A stretch of DNA of 64,000 bases from positions 1,364,001-1,428,000 of the forward strand of contig JAMWBK010000011.1 of NCBI GenBank assembly GCA_029953675.1, given 5' to 3'. Numbering within the stretch: position 1 is the stretch's first letter; the number at the start of each line of letters is the position of its first letter. The position numbers and the translations under genes were made by a program. This stretch comes from Rhodosorus marinus CCMP1338 (taxonomy: Eukaryota; Plantae; Rhodophyta). Below, piece after piece: positions 22,711 to 34,600 of this stretch. The notes under the pieces are model-generated. The model saw only the letters and a list, made by a program, of their open reading frames with translations, did no database searches and was not told where the DNA came from.

Positions 22711-23760
22711 CTGGAGCGCCCGTAGGCCGGTTTTGGGAGTCTTGGTGGATGATTTTCGAAACGAATTCAACAGCGTCTCGTGGACGCATGCGTTGGAGGT
22801 GATCCGACGGGTTTTTCCGGAAGCGTGGCCCATCCCTCTCTGGTCTTTACCGAAGGGGGAGCATCTCCTACTGCACCAGGGAGGGCACTGTTTTCCAAGC
22901 ACGTACTCGAGTCCAACAAGGCGATCCTTGTGGGCCTCTACTTCATACTGGTGCCTTGCAGCTCGTTCTCCTGCGTCTCGCGACTGAGGTGCCGGCTCTT
23001 CGTATCTACGCCTATCACGACGACGCGACCTTGCTGGGCGCCCCTGAAACCCTGGCTCGGGGTTCGACCCAGGTCAAAACGATTGCACGTCGAGTAGGTC
23101 TGACGGTGGAATCAGAAAAGTGTCGTTTTCTCGCTCCAAAGTGAAGCTTCGATGGCTTCTCTGCCATCTAATCTACGAATCATTGACGAACGTGAAGGGT
23201 CGGAGCACCACGGCGTCGGTTTCGGGAGCAACAACTTCGTCCAAGCCCCTTGCGAACGAGTTTTGACACGGCACAAGCAGCTCACTGACGCCATTGAGCG
23301 CCTTCTAGAATGCATGCTGCAATTGGCCTGCTTGCTTTCCCGCTTTTGTGCCGGTTCCCGACTCAACTACTGCTTGCGTAGCCTACCACCCGACTGCAGT
23401 TCGTGGATCGCCGCGAAGGCCGACGAGATGGCGCTGCACCACTGGGGCACGCTCTTGGATGAACCCCTCGATCTTGAAGCTGCTCCCGACAGGGACTTAG
23501 TTCGTGCCCAGCTTGCTCTACTGTTGCGGTTAGGGGGATTTGGCGTCGCCGACCGTTGGCTCGTCTGCTCTCCTGCGGCGGGCGCGTCCTGGGCAACCGC
23601 GCTCCGTACCTTGGTGAATTTTCGGATACCAAGTGCCTGCCTTTTGGCTCGAGCACAGACTAGCGAGGACCCAGTGACCCTTCCGCCCCAGCTTTTGACG
23701 ATCCATGATGGCCTACAACAGGCGTTCGGCCTAGCGCTTCAGGCTATTCTAGTAAACCCC
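22711..23760 (+). mobile_element. Family C RT fragment joined to a family C 3' terminus
   Basis: DFRNEFN, QQGDPCG (frameshifted), AYHDD, GGFG. LTIHDGLQQAF matches TINDGLQHAF at 53629; then AGCGCTTCAGGCTATTCTAGTAAA. Confidence 0.82.
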
Positions 23761-24080
23761 AGGCGCACGGGCAATGTCTCTCAAATGAGGTTCTACCGAT
23801 GAGCGACTATTGCTGGTTGAATATTATTCCGGCTGGCCCTCGGCGGCGGGCTATAGCAGTGAGGTGGGCGCTGGCCACAGGGCATGTAATCGCGAGGTCA
23901 ACCTATGCATAATCTATCTGGCCTTTACAAATCTATCTGGACTTACTCTATCTAGCGTGGTACCTAGTTTCTAATTCCCTGCTCGCGGGTTTTGCGTAGC
24001 TTTAAGGCGATGGTTTCTAGTTTGATTTATATTCAATGCACAACTTACAATGCAATGAAACAATCTTAGCCAAAAGTCCT

Positions 24081-27000
24081 TCAACACCTGGATCGGTTAA
24101 CTGCGACGATTTCGATATTGTCCGGACAGGTCTCAGAGATGGCGACAGCGACTGCCTCGGATAAGCCCTGAATCCGCCTAGAGGAAATGCTCAATACCCC
24201 GAGAACCTCGTTTGAGCTGATGACGACGCCATCTGCTTGCTCCCATGAAACTCCCTTCGGCTTTTGAGGCCATTCCCAGGATACCTCAAGGATCTTCGGC
24301 AGGTTCACAGCAGCATCCTTCGACGAGAAAGTGATCATACAGGCGCTAGCCGTCTCACCGGAGAGTCTCGTCACGGATGCAACCTTCTCTACTGATACCC
24401 TGTAAGAACTGCAACCCGCTTTCGGCTCGCGGGCCACGGTTTCCGGCAGAAGTAGCTCGGTCGATGTTTCAGCCGGAGCCGTTGTCGGGGACGTCGTAGG
24501 AGTCCCAGTATAAGTCGGTGTCGGCGTGGGTGTCTGAGTCGGAGTCGCTGTCGGTGTCGGGGTTGGAGTGGGAGTCGGGGTCTCATCCGAATCGAAAGAG
24601 TTGCACATGATTGGAATTGTCGAGTTGAGGGCGTCGGCAAAGCTCGACCTCACGTAGCTTCCGGTGAAGTAGAGTCGAATGTTGGTAATGCCCTTGATGT
24701 CCTGGAGCCTGGCATCGATCTGATAGTTGCTGAATGGGCTTATGTCGATGAATTTCTCCGTCGAGAAGACGGCATTTTGTCGGATGTAGTTGGATGCCAT
24801 CCACTCCTTGATTTCCAGCTCGTCACAAGCAGGTGCACCCCCAAAGTACATAAACGTTCGCTTTCGGTTGGCGTGCGTATACTTCTTCACGTAGTACATC
24901 GAGTCCTCATCATCTTCCGCCTCTGCAACTCGAGCGACTCCGGACATGCTCTTGTGCGTGATGTCGACGACTGGACTCGTCTCATCCGACACGCCGTCAA
25001 AAACGACAAACATGCTGTTCATCGAGATCATGGGGAAGAAGAGCGGATCGTCCAGTCCCGGGAGATTGTTGAAAGCCGGATGCGATGGGTCAATGCAAAA
25101 ATTGATCGACCCCGTCTCCAGAAACTCCGCCCAGTTATCTTCTCCTACTGTATCCGCTTTGATATTGTAAGGGCCCCAAAAGGTGCCATACTCCATCAGT
25201 TGGCCTTGCGTGTAGGTGGTCTCGTACCAACTCTTGAGCGACTTGCGAAGTTGAATGATCGCGTCAGACGCACAGCTGAAGTATAGGCTCCCTGATGTGT
25301 CCAGAAGGGAAGTTTCCCACTCGCAGTTCGCGAGGCTAACGGTGTCTACCGACGACATCGAGCCCATCATGAGATAGTTCCTCGCGGTGAAGACGGCCTC
25401 CAGATCTCGGTGAAAATCGGCTATCAGAAGGTTGTAGTTGGTCTGGTGAGCGGTCTTAACAGCCGGTGCAGCGGGATTTATCATGTTGTTCTTCATCTCG
25501 ACCGCCAGTACAGCCACGACGTTCTGGAGGTAGAGCTTTGTCGCGGTGACCTGCTTGAGGTAGCTCATATAGGATGAGTAAAGCGCGATGAGGTCGTTCT
25601 TTTGGTTGACCCACATCTCCAACCCATCGAATGCCCGAAGAAATCCAGTCGCCGAGGTGTAGCACTCGGTTTTCATGTACCCCACGTAGTCTTGGAGCTC
25701 TTTTCTGTCAAGCGCCACCATCCCGTTACTAATCGAGGTTTGAACATCGTTAACTTGAGCAGCTAGCGCGACGGCTTCGTCATAGTCGTCCGCACTGTAG
25801 ACGCTCTCCAGCGGATCCGCGAGCGTCTCTGTACCCTCCGTAAGAAATCCAATATCGGCCATGATAGCGTCGTAGCTCACTTCATAGTTTGACCAGTCGG
25901 CGCTTTCTCCCGGCGAAGGGAAAAAGCCTATCAATTCGTTCGTCAGCGAGGGTATCGTAGCAAACTTGGGGTTACTGCTCAAGGTCTCAATGCCGGCGAA
26001 AACCGCCTTCGTTGTATCACCGAGCGACTTACTGTCGGTAAAACTGCCGACTTTGGACATTGCCTTGGTCACTGCGAATGCCGCGTCGAAGACGTTCGCA
26101 AAGAAACTCACAAACTGCATCACCTTGTTGAACTTGGCACGCTTTTCGACCTTACGCCAGCACTCGTCCATTTTAGCTTGCTGCGACTCCATCGTGCTCT
26201 GGTACTTCCAAATGTTCTGATCAGTCACGGACATCGACCGGTTCACCTCCATGATCTCCTCCATCAGCGCCAGCTGCTTGGCCAGCTGCGAGTCGATACC
26301 CGTCTGCGCGTTGCTCGTCGCGTTGGAGAGGAGCTCCATGGAAGCTTCCGAATCCTCAACGCTGCTTCGGTAGGCGTCGTAGTAGTACTCCATGGATTCT
26401 CCGAGCTGGCGCTGTGTTTCAAGGTAGTCGAGCAGGTACTCAAAGCTCATGACGCTGAGCTGGTTGGCATTCGTACCGGAGGAGGTGGTCAACGGATTCG
26501 CACCCTTGATAATAGAAATCGCCTTGCCTGCTAGCGAGGTGTACTTGGCTTTCTCCGTCTCGTCTGAAGTCTGATTGGCCACTAGCTGAGCATTGTAGAG
26601 CATATCGGAAACTGACAGGAGAATCATGGTGTACGCGTTTTGGTTTTCTTCGGAGTCATCGTTGAAGAACATCATATCCAGCATCCTCTTCGAGAGGCTG
26701 AGACCGTAGTCGATGTACGCCAACGGCTGAGGAAAGTTTTCGTGGGCAAAGGACCGCGGATCGTCGTAGTCATTGGTGTCCCACTCCTCCACTTCAGCGC
26801 CGATTGTTGCTCGGAATAACATCGGTAGCGGATCGTGAGGCTTCTTTCCCTTCCACCCAGAGTTGTTTGATATTCCCTTGTTGCCGTGAAGTGGATAACC
26901 TGACAATGAAACTGTTTCGTAGTAGTTTACGTTCAGAAATGGGCCCTTCTGCCATGTTCGCGTGTAGCAGTTCGTCGTGAGCTGGCCCCCTATTCCGGGC

Positions 27001-28011
27001 TCTCCTGGCTTCCCGCCAGGCCCTCCTCTGCCGGGATTAGATTCACCATTGAAAGAAATCAGCTGCTTCTTCATTGCTAAGGGCCCCATCTGCTTCTCCT
27101 CCGACAACAACGCTCGAGTAAATCTGTACGGTTCCTGCATGTCCACCAGGTCCACCTCTTCCTCCTTGTCCCGCCTGACCACCCGACATCGGATAACCGG
27201 GCTGATAGTACACACATTTCTTCTTGGGTCCGTTCTTGGTACCTGTAGGACACTCCTTACACCAAGAATCTTTGCATTTCCCAGCCACCCAGTTTTTCTT
27301 CTTGCCGCACTCGACTCCATCGATCGGCTTCTGTGCATTACCTCCGTCTCCACCATATCCACCGGTACTACCGTCGCTCCCATCAGTTCTTATGGTCATG
27401 GTATATCCTCCCTCGATTAGGCCCTCGATGTTCATGTACTTGGCGACCATGATGAAGCTTCCCCCCTGGTTGCCCGGACTGCCAATGGCTCCCGTACCTC
27501 CCGGTTTACCCTTTTTACCATGGCGATTCACGTTGACATCCTTCGTTCTCACCACAGGATCGGGGGTCTTCGGCGTGTCTGGCGCGATCGGTGGAGGTAC
27601 CGTGACCTCCGTTGCCTTCAGGTTGATCTCAAAATCTCCATCGCTCTGAATCTCAATGATATTCGCGACAATCGTCACGTTCGTACCCCGCATCTCAGCA
27701 GCCACCCCTGCCGCGCCCTTGATCAGAACGTAGTACGCGTATACTATGATATCCTGCTCAGTTCCAAACAACTTTGTCGTGCCCGTGCTATTCGACGTGA
27801 AGTCCATCGTGTAGAAGAACGGTGCATAGATTGCAAACGTTCCGCTCTCATCACCGTCCACGTATCCAGAACTCACATCCTGAGCCATCAAACACGTGGT
27901 ATTGGAGAATCCCCATCCATCACACACGCTCACGTCATCAGCACTCACTCCTCCGAAGCAGAGGAGCATCGCGAAGGTCATAGACCCAACCACCGCAAAC
28001 GTTCGCTTCAT
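24081..28011 (-). CDS. Large secreted protein (~1300 aa): Gly-rich/collagen-like N-terminus, long helical region, putative TcA-like C-terminal domain, PT linker; one frame break near 27050
   Basis: ORF 27043-28011 (signal peptide MKRTFAVVGSMTFAMLLCFGGVSA, GXX runs) overlaps ORF 24081-27383 in another frame, and the Gly-rich pattern continues across the junction. Functional label is inference. Confidence 0.75.
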
Positions 28012-28169
28012 CTCGTAGGTAGGTACTTACAAATCGCGCGGGGTAGTATTTCCATCTCTCGCTCTGGCTTGTTGCCCACCGGCATCCCAACTACTTTTCA
28101 CTTGGCTTATATAGGTTGTCAACCACCCTGTAGGGGCTATGCAAGTTGGTTTGGTGCTTCACTGGTAAA

Positions 28170-29560
28170 AAGCTATCCGTGAAGTCCCAGTAAGAAGCAG
28201 TTAAGGGAAAGTTCCACAGCAAAACGTTGACACGAGGCAGAAAGCGTTAGTCTGGATTTCGCTAGGTCTTCTTCTTCCAACCGTAAGCTTTACTGACAAC
28301 ACAGCTGCCTACCACAGACTTCTAGGAGTCAACACGAGCTTGATTATCCCTGTTTTGTTCAACCCGCGTTTCAAAATATGGTTTTCTGGAAGCAACTGGG
28401 GTTACGTTAGTCTGGGGTAACCCCTCACTTTTCCTCTTGGAACCACTCCCTGGACAACAACTCAGCACTCTAAAAATGCTCATGCAAATCGCCTTTCTAT
28501 ATGGAACGATAGAGCGCCTATGGAAAGTGCTGTTCTTGATAAACTTGCAAAACTCAGGATAATCGGCGAAGACCGCGTTTCAATGCTTTTCTGGAAGCAA
28601 CTGCCAGCAAAACCACCACCACCAGCAAAAACCAGTTCAGGGGAAATTTCCATAGAAATTTCTTGGCGCGAGGCAAAGAGCATTCCGCGAATCATCAACA
28701 CAAGGCCGACTACCCCTGCTTCGTTCAACTATCGCTTCAAAATTTGCTTTTATGAAAGCAACCGGCCCGGAATTGTCTTTGAAGTTTTACAGTAATCTTT
28801 TCACAATCGTTTGAATGACTATATCCGACCTGATCAAGTTCGAGCGCATCAAGGCAACTAACATATTCCAGGACAGGAGGTTGTTTCCGTATTAATTCCT
28901 TCACCGTTAAACCATACATATAAACCGCCCCTCAGAAGATTTCGTGAACAGCCAAATGTTAGAAGATGACGTCAATGCATGTCGAATGTTCCCGTAATAG
29001 GTCTACCTGTAGGCCAGAGACTAATTGTGGAGTTAGCCATGGATATCCGTGAAGTCCCAGTAAGAAGCAGTTAAGGGAAACTTCCACAGCAAAACATTGA
29101 CACGAGGCAGAAAGCGTACATTTCGCTAGGTCTTCTTCTTGCAACCGCAAGCTTTACTGGGCAAGCTGCGCACCACAGACTTCTAGGTGTCAACACGAGC
29201 TTGATTATCCCTGTTTCGCTCAACCCGCTTTTCAAAATATGCTTTTCTGGAAGCGACTGCTAGCAAAACCGCTACCACCACCAGCAATAACCAGTTGAGG
29301 GAAAATTTCCATAGAAACTTCTTGGCACGAGACAAAGAGCATTCCGCGAGGCCTTCTTCCACGAATCATCAACACAAGGCCGACTAACCCCGCTTCGTTC
29401 AACTGGACTTTACTAGCAACTGAATGAATGGTTACTAACGCTTAAAATTTTGCTTTTTTGAAAGCAACCGGCACGGGATTGTCTTCGAAGTTTTACAGTA
29501 ATCTACTCACAATCGTTTGAATGACTATATCCGACCTATCAAGTTCGAGTGCTCAAGGCA
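28170..29560. repeat. Diverged tandem duplication (~870-bp period) carrying an A/B-like retroelement terminus on the minus strand
   Basis: ATCCGTGAAGTCCCAGTAAGAAGCAGTTAAGGGAAA at ~28176 and ~29045, with co-linear flanks. AACCGYAAGCTTTACTG...AGCTGC at ~28279 and ~29144. Confidence 0.85.
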
Positions 29561-29619
29561 AGTAACGGACAAATGGTGGTTTCTCTATAATATTAAACCA
29601 TTCGTATTAATTCCTGTCA

Positions 29620-30590
29620 GCAAATGACATCAATACATGTGGAGTGTTCCCTTCATAGGTCTACCTGTAAGCTAGAGACTAAGTGTGAAGTTAGCCATGC
29701 AGACACGTCAGGCCAGACCGGGGGGTCGATGATAGCTGAGTGTGAGCAAGGAAAGCAGTATCAGAAATATTGAACATACGTATCAGCATAGGGCGGACAC
29801 TACCATATTCTACTTAATTATGGATTGCGAGTGGCTAACAAGCCAGTACCTAGTCTAGAAAAGGTACTTGCGTGACCTAGACTAAGAAAATAAAATAGGC
29901 TACGTTAGCGTAGAATATTAGAAGGCGAAAGATTGCTGAAAGGTTATGAGCCCAGCTTACTGACTACGGCGGGTAGAGAAACGGAGTAATCGGTATTGTT
30001 GGAATTGTCGGAAGGAGAAGTTGGAGACCGATTGATCCTACAGGCATTCATGAAGTACCCGCAACTTGAATCGCACGAAGGATATCGGTTGTGGACAATG
30101 CATGTAAGGGCGCGGCTAGGGGCATGTCGGTTGACGACGCTGGTATTCCGAGACGACGATGCGGAAGTGGACCCCCACCGACTCACCCTCGTGGGAGCTT
30201 GTATTTAGCTTACGCTTGGGGGGGTGCAACAGTTGATGGTTGCGGACGAAAGCGATCCCAAAGTGATTTGGGAAAGGTTCGAGAAAGTATACACCAACCG
30301 ATGGAGAAGGAACAAGGTCTACCTGCAAGCCAGAGACTAATTGTGGAGTTAGCCATGGAGACGTCTGGCCGGACCGGAGGGGGGGTCCATGATGGCTGAA
30401 TGAGAGCGAGAACAACAATGTCAGAAATATTGATTATATGAATCAGCATGGAGCGGACAAAACCATATTTTACTTAATTATGGATTATGGGTGGCTAACA
30501 AGCCAGTGCCGAGTCTAGAAAAGGTACCTGCGGTGACCTAGACCAGGAATATAAATAGGCTAGGCAGAGTAGAATATGAGAAGGCGGAAG
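29620..30590 (+). mobile_element. Degenerate repeat, probably the 3' end of another LINE-like family, two adjacent copies (related pieces at ~28990-29045 and ~13405-13445)
   Basis: GGTCTACCTG.A.GC.AGAGACTAA.TGTG.AGTTAGCCATG at ~29000, 29659 and 30317. AAATAGGCTA..AGAATAT.AGAAGGCG at 13410, 29893 and 30553. No catalytic motif recognised. Confidence 0.45.
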
Positions 30591-31239
30591 TGATAATATA
30601 GACGAGGGAGAATAATAGGAATGTGCCCAAGGGGTTGCAGAGTGAAGGCGCACATGGTTAGCACCAAAAATGGCGAAATATGGGAAACTCCTGAAAAAAA
30701 TCTGCACAGTCCAATTCTCACAGAAATCCATCAATTAGCCACCTTCTCAGTCTGGACTCCCCGGAGGCCCCCCAGGCCCCCCGCGGAGAGGTGTGGCAGA
30801 GAAGGGATGTCCCCCCGATCTCCACAAAACTTCGCAACCTCTGTGCACAAGGTCCGCATCGACTCGAACATCCCGGGAAAACCGGTCACCGTCAGCGCGG
30901 GGTCAAAACATCAGTCCCCTGAAAATTTCCGTATGCCCCACCAAAATTATGTTTCAACAACTCAACAGGCTAAAAATAGTCATGCAAATCGCCTTTCCAT
31001 AATAGTGGTTCGTTCCATATTAGTGAATTGTTGAATCGGGGACTAAAATATATACATTTTTCTATAAGAGACACATCAGCACGGAATATTTGTCATTCCA
31101 TTCCATACATATCGGCGCGAGAATCAACGTATGGAAGGCAAGGTGACCCTAGTTAACCCCAGTCCAGTCCGAGTCCAGTGAACCGCGAGCGCCCTGACTG
31201 TGTTCAAACTGCGTCTACCCGCCTGAGTTTCCAGCTGTG

Positions 31240-31540
31240 GTGCATGAACGCTGCTTTGATGTCATATGAGGGGCCTTTGTCTTCCCCAGGAGGTCGTGCT
31301 TCGTGACTAGCACATCGCTTGGTACCCCTGATCTTTGAGTGCTTTGGGTTTATGGACTCCGCTGGCTCTCGCGGGCTTCCGCGAGCGCTCTGACCGTCTT
31401 CAATCTTTGTTTACCCGTTTGAGTTTCCTGCTGTGGCGCATGAACGCTGCTTTGATCTTGGAAGCGCGCCATCTTCGCTGCGCTTAGTGGTTTTCCTGAT
31501 GCTGGAGACGCGCGATATTCATCATCATCATTCATTCAGG
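31240..31540 (+). mobile_element. Degenerate family D-like 3' ends with ATC/CATT tail
   Basis: Similar to 59005-59232 (GCACATCGCTTGGTACCCCTGATC, CTGTGGCGCATGAA). Confidence 0.75.
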
Positions 31541-31629
31541 GCCTAACTACCCTCAGAAGCGGGAAACAAAACCCTTTTGGCGCGCGTCCAGGCCCTAATT
31601 TCCCTCTCGTAGGACACCCATCCCAGGGT

Positions 31630-34600
31630 TATTTGCGGCGGAGCCAAGATGATAGCGGATACGCGGCGAGAGCTGCGGAGAAGTGGAAAATCGCTCACTA
31701 CAAGGAAGCGATGGTGATCGAGAAACCGGATGACAAGTTCATCCCGATAGCGTTAGAGACGTTTGGGCGTACGGGGCAAATGGCACAAGAGTTCCTCCGC
31801 GACAGCTGCAAACACCTACTGCACAGGAGTGAGGAGCTGAGAGACGTGAGATCCCAGATAAACCGGCAACTATGGCGAGGTAACGCAGAGACAGCAATAG
31901 GCGCTTTGCGCGTGGACCAGCTGGAGAATCCGCTGGTTCCTGTTTTTTCTTTTGAACGTAGCATGAGACCCCGGTAGCGGGGTTCCAGTAAGTTTTTCCC
32001 TAGATAGGATTAGACGTAGTGTTGCGCTGCAGCAGGCAGCTGCCCAGTAAAGCTTACGTTACGTTGGTCTGGGGTTCGGCCTGACTTTCTAGCCCGACAC
32101 CCACGAACAGGCAAGCTCTACGTGATCGATGTGAATCTGGGGTTACGTTAGTCAAGGCCAAATGCACGCTCTACGGCCGAGCCTTGACGACGGCGCGAGT
32201 CATCAATCGCGAGATACCTGGCATACATGTCACCCGAGAAGGCGTCACTATCCATTCGATCCCGATGGGAAACCGGGAATATATCGAGCACGAGTGCCGT
32301 GCGCTTCAAAATAAGCACGAAAAAGCTCATCAAGGAATCAAGGAAATAGCACAGCCACCGCAACAGGAACTTAACGCACAGGTCGCATTGTTCAGGTACT
32401 GCGCGGAAACGCGGCTAGATTACCTGCTACGATGCCTAGCCTACCCGTTCGGCCGCAGTCTGGCACGGGAGGCGGACACCATGACGAGATATAATCTGGA
32501 AACCTTGCTCGGAGGCCTCGCTACCTACCTCTGGCATGGAGGACGAGGAGCACCTGGGACACATCTTGGAACATATTGCGCTGCCTTGCTGGTTGGGGGG
32601 GATTTGGGTTCGCTCCTCGACGGCGTATCCAACCTATTGCTTACTACTCGGCATGGACAAATACCTTTCGAAGCAATACAGGGGACTGGCCTCACATTGC
32701 TGAGCTGCAGAGGCAGGTCTATACAGACAGAACTCCGGCTACGAACAGCGCGACACGACTAAAATGGTCCACAGAACACCTCGCAGACCAGATACAATCA
32801 TCTGCTCGAGCGATACAACGCAGGCTGCGGCCCGAAACTCCGCCGCGGATCAGGAGACTGGCCACCCTGCAGCAGACGAGGGAAAACGCCCCAGAAAACT
32901 GTGGCGATTGGAATAATGGTTCTACACAACAAACTCTCTCTCGGGAGGCACACCATTCAGCATTCCAACGCCTGGTTAGCAATCCGCGCATCTCTGGCGA
33001 ACATCGCGCTCGAATCAGGTCGGCGGCGGGCTCTGGATCGGGAGTCTGGCTGCGCGAACTGCCGACGTTGGAGCCGAAAAAGCTGAGCTCGATCGAAATG
33101 CAGGTGAATATCCGACAACTACTGGGGCTACCGATTCCAGGGCTGCGAACTACGGAAAAATGTACTCTATGCCGTGGTAAACACGGAGCAAATGGAGTAC
33201 AACGCTTTCATCATTGCCCCACGTCGACGGGGCTGTGGCAACGTAGGCATGACGAGATATGCACGGAGATCGCAAGGTCGCTGAACCGGTGGAACTTTGT
33301 GGACATCGAGCAGGAGCCAGAGAAATATTTTGAAAATTACGCGCTACGGCCAGACATCATTGCTACGCATCCGAGGACATTGCAACGGTATGCGCTGGAC
33401 GTGACGGTTGTGTCTCCTTTGTAGGGGAAGTATCTGAGGCGTAGTCAGGAGGAGAGTGGATATGCAGCAAGATGTGCAGAGAGGTGGAAGAAAGCGTACT
33501 ACAAGGAGGCGATGACGCTAGAACACCCAGATGACAAGTTCATCCCAATTGCAATAGAAAAATTTGGGCGGACTGGACCGATGGCACAGGAGTTTCTGCG
33601 GGACAGCTGCAAGCATTTGTTGCACCGGAGCCTAGAACTGAGCGATATAAGATCGCAGATAAACCGGCAACTTTGGCGAGGTAATGCGGAGATAGCGCTA
33701 GGCGCTTTGCGCTTGGACCAGTTGGAGAATCCACTGGTGCCTGTTTTTTCTTTAGAACGTAGCATGAGACCCCGGTAGCGGGGTTGGAGTAAGCATTCCC
33801 CTAGATAGCGATAAAGTAGTGTTACGCTGCAGTAGGCAGCTGCCCAGTAAAGCTTACGGTTACGTTAGTCTTTATAAGGAAGTGCTGAGGGGGCAAAACC
33901 GAGATGTGGTTCTTGTGCCGTTCATTTTTGAGACTTTTGGTCGAATGGGCCAGGCAAGCCTTGAATTTCTTCGAACGGCGAGCGCGCACCTGCATGATCG
34001 TGACTCCCATCTATCGTTGGTGAGGGGTCAACTAAACCGCATTTTGTGGCAGCACAATGCTGCGCTAGTTGAGCACGCGATCTAGAAAGATCGCGCAGAT
34101 AGACCGATATTTCCCCTAAGTAGAATTTAGATGAGACTCCTGGACAGGGAGTCCAGGTTTGGTTAGTGCGTACGTAGTGATCGTGTGATGCGCTACACTA
34201 GGTAGCTGCCCAATAAAGGCTACGGGGTTACGTTAGTCTGTGGTTTGCGCAAGGTTGCAACGCAATGGACTCTTCACGCGGTTATGGACAGGGTGCGTGA
34301 GCTCCTGGTGCCCTTACAACTGGGTATTGGAGTAAGTGGCGGGTGCGAACGCTCACTTCACAGGATCCAGGCCCATTTGTCATGCGAACCCGATTCGGTG
34401 GTCCTTCGGCTAGACCTGGAGACTGCCTTTAATCGCATCGACCGACGACTTGCCAAGCAACTGGTGGACGAGCACTTCCCGGAGCTTGCACCACTGTATA
34501 GACTTGGCTATGGAAGCGACAACGCGGACTCACCGACGCTCTGTGGCTGGCGATCTTCCCCTGGACAGAACGAAACCGACACCTCTCGCCCGACTCTGCA

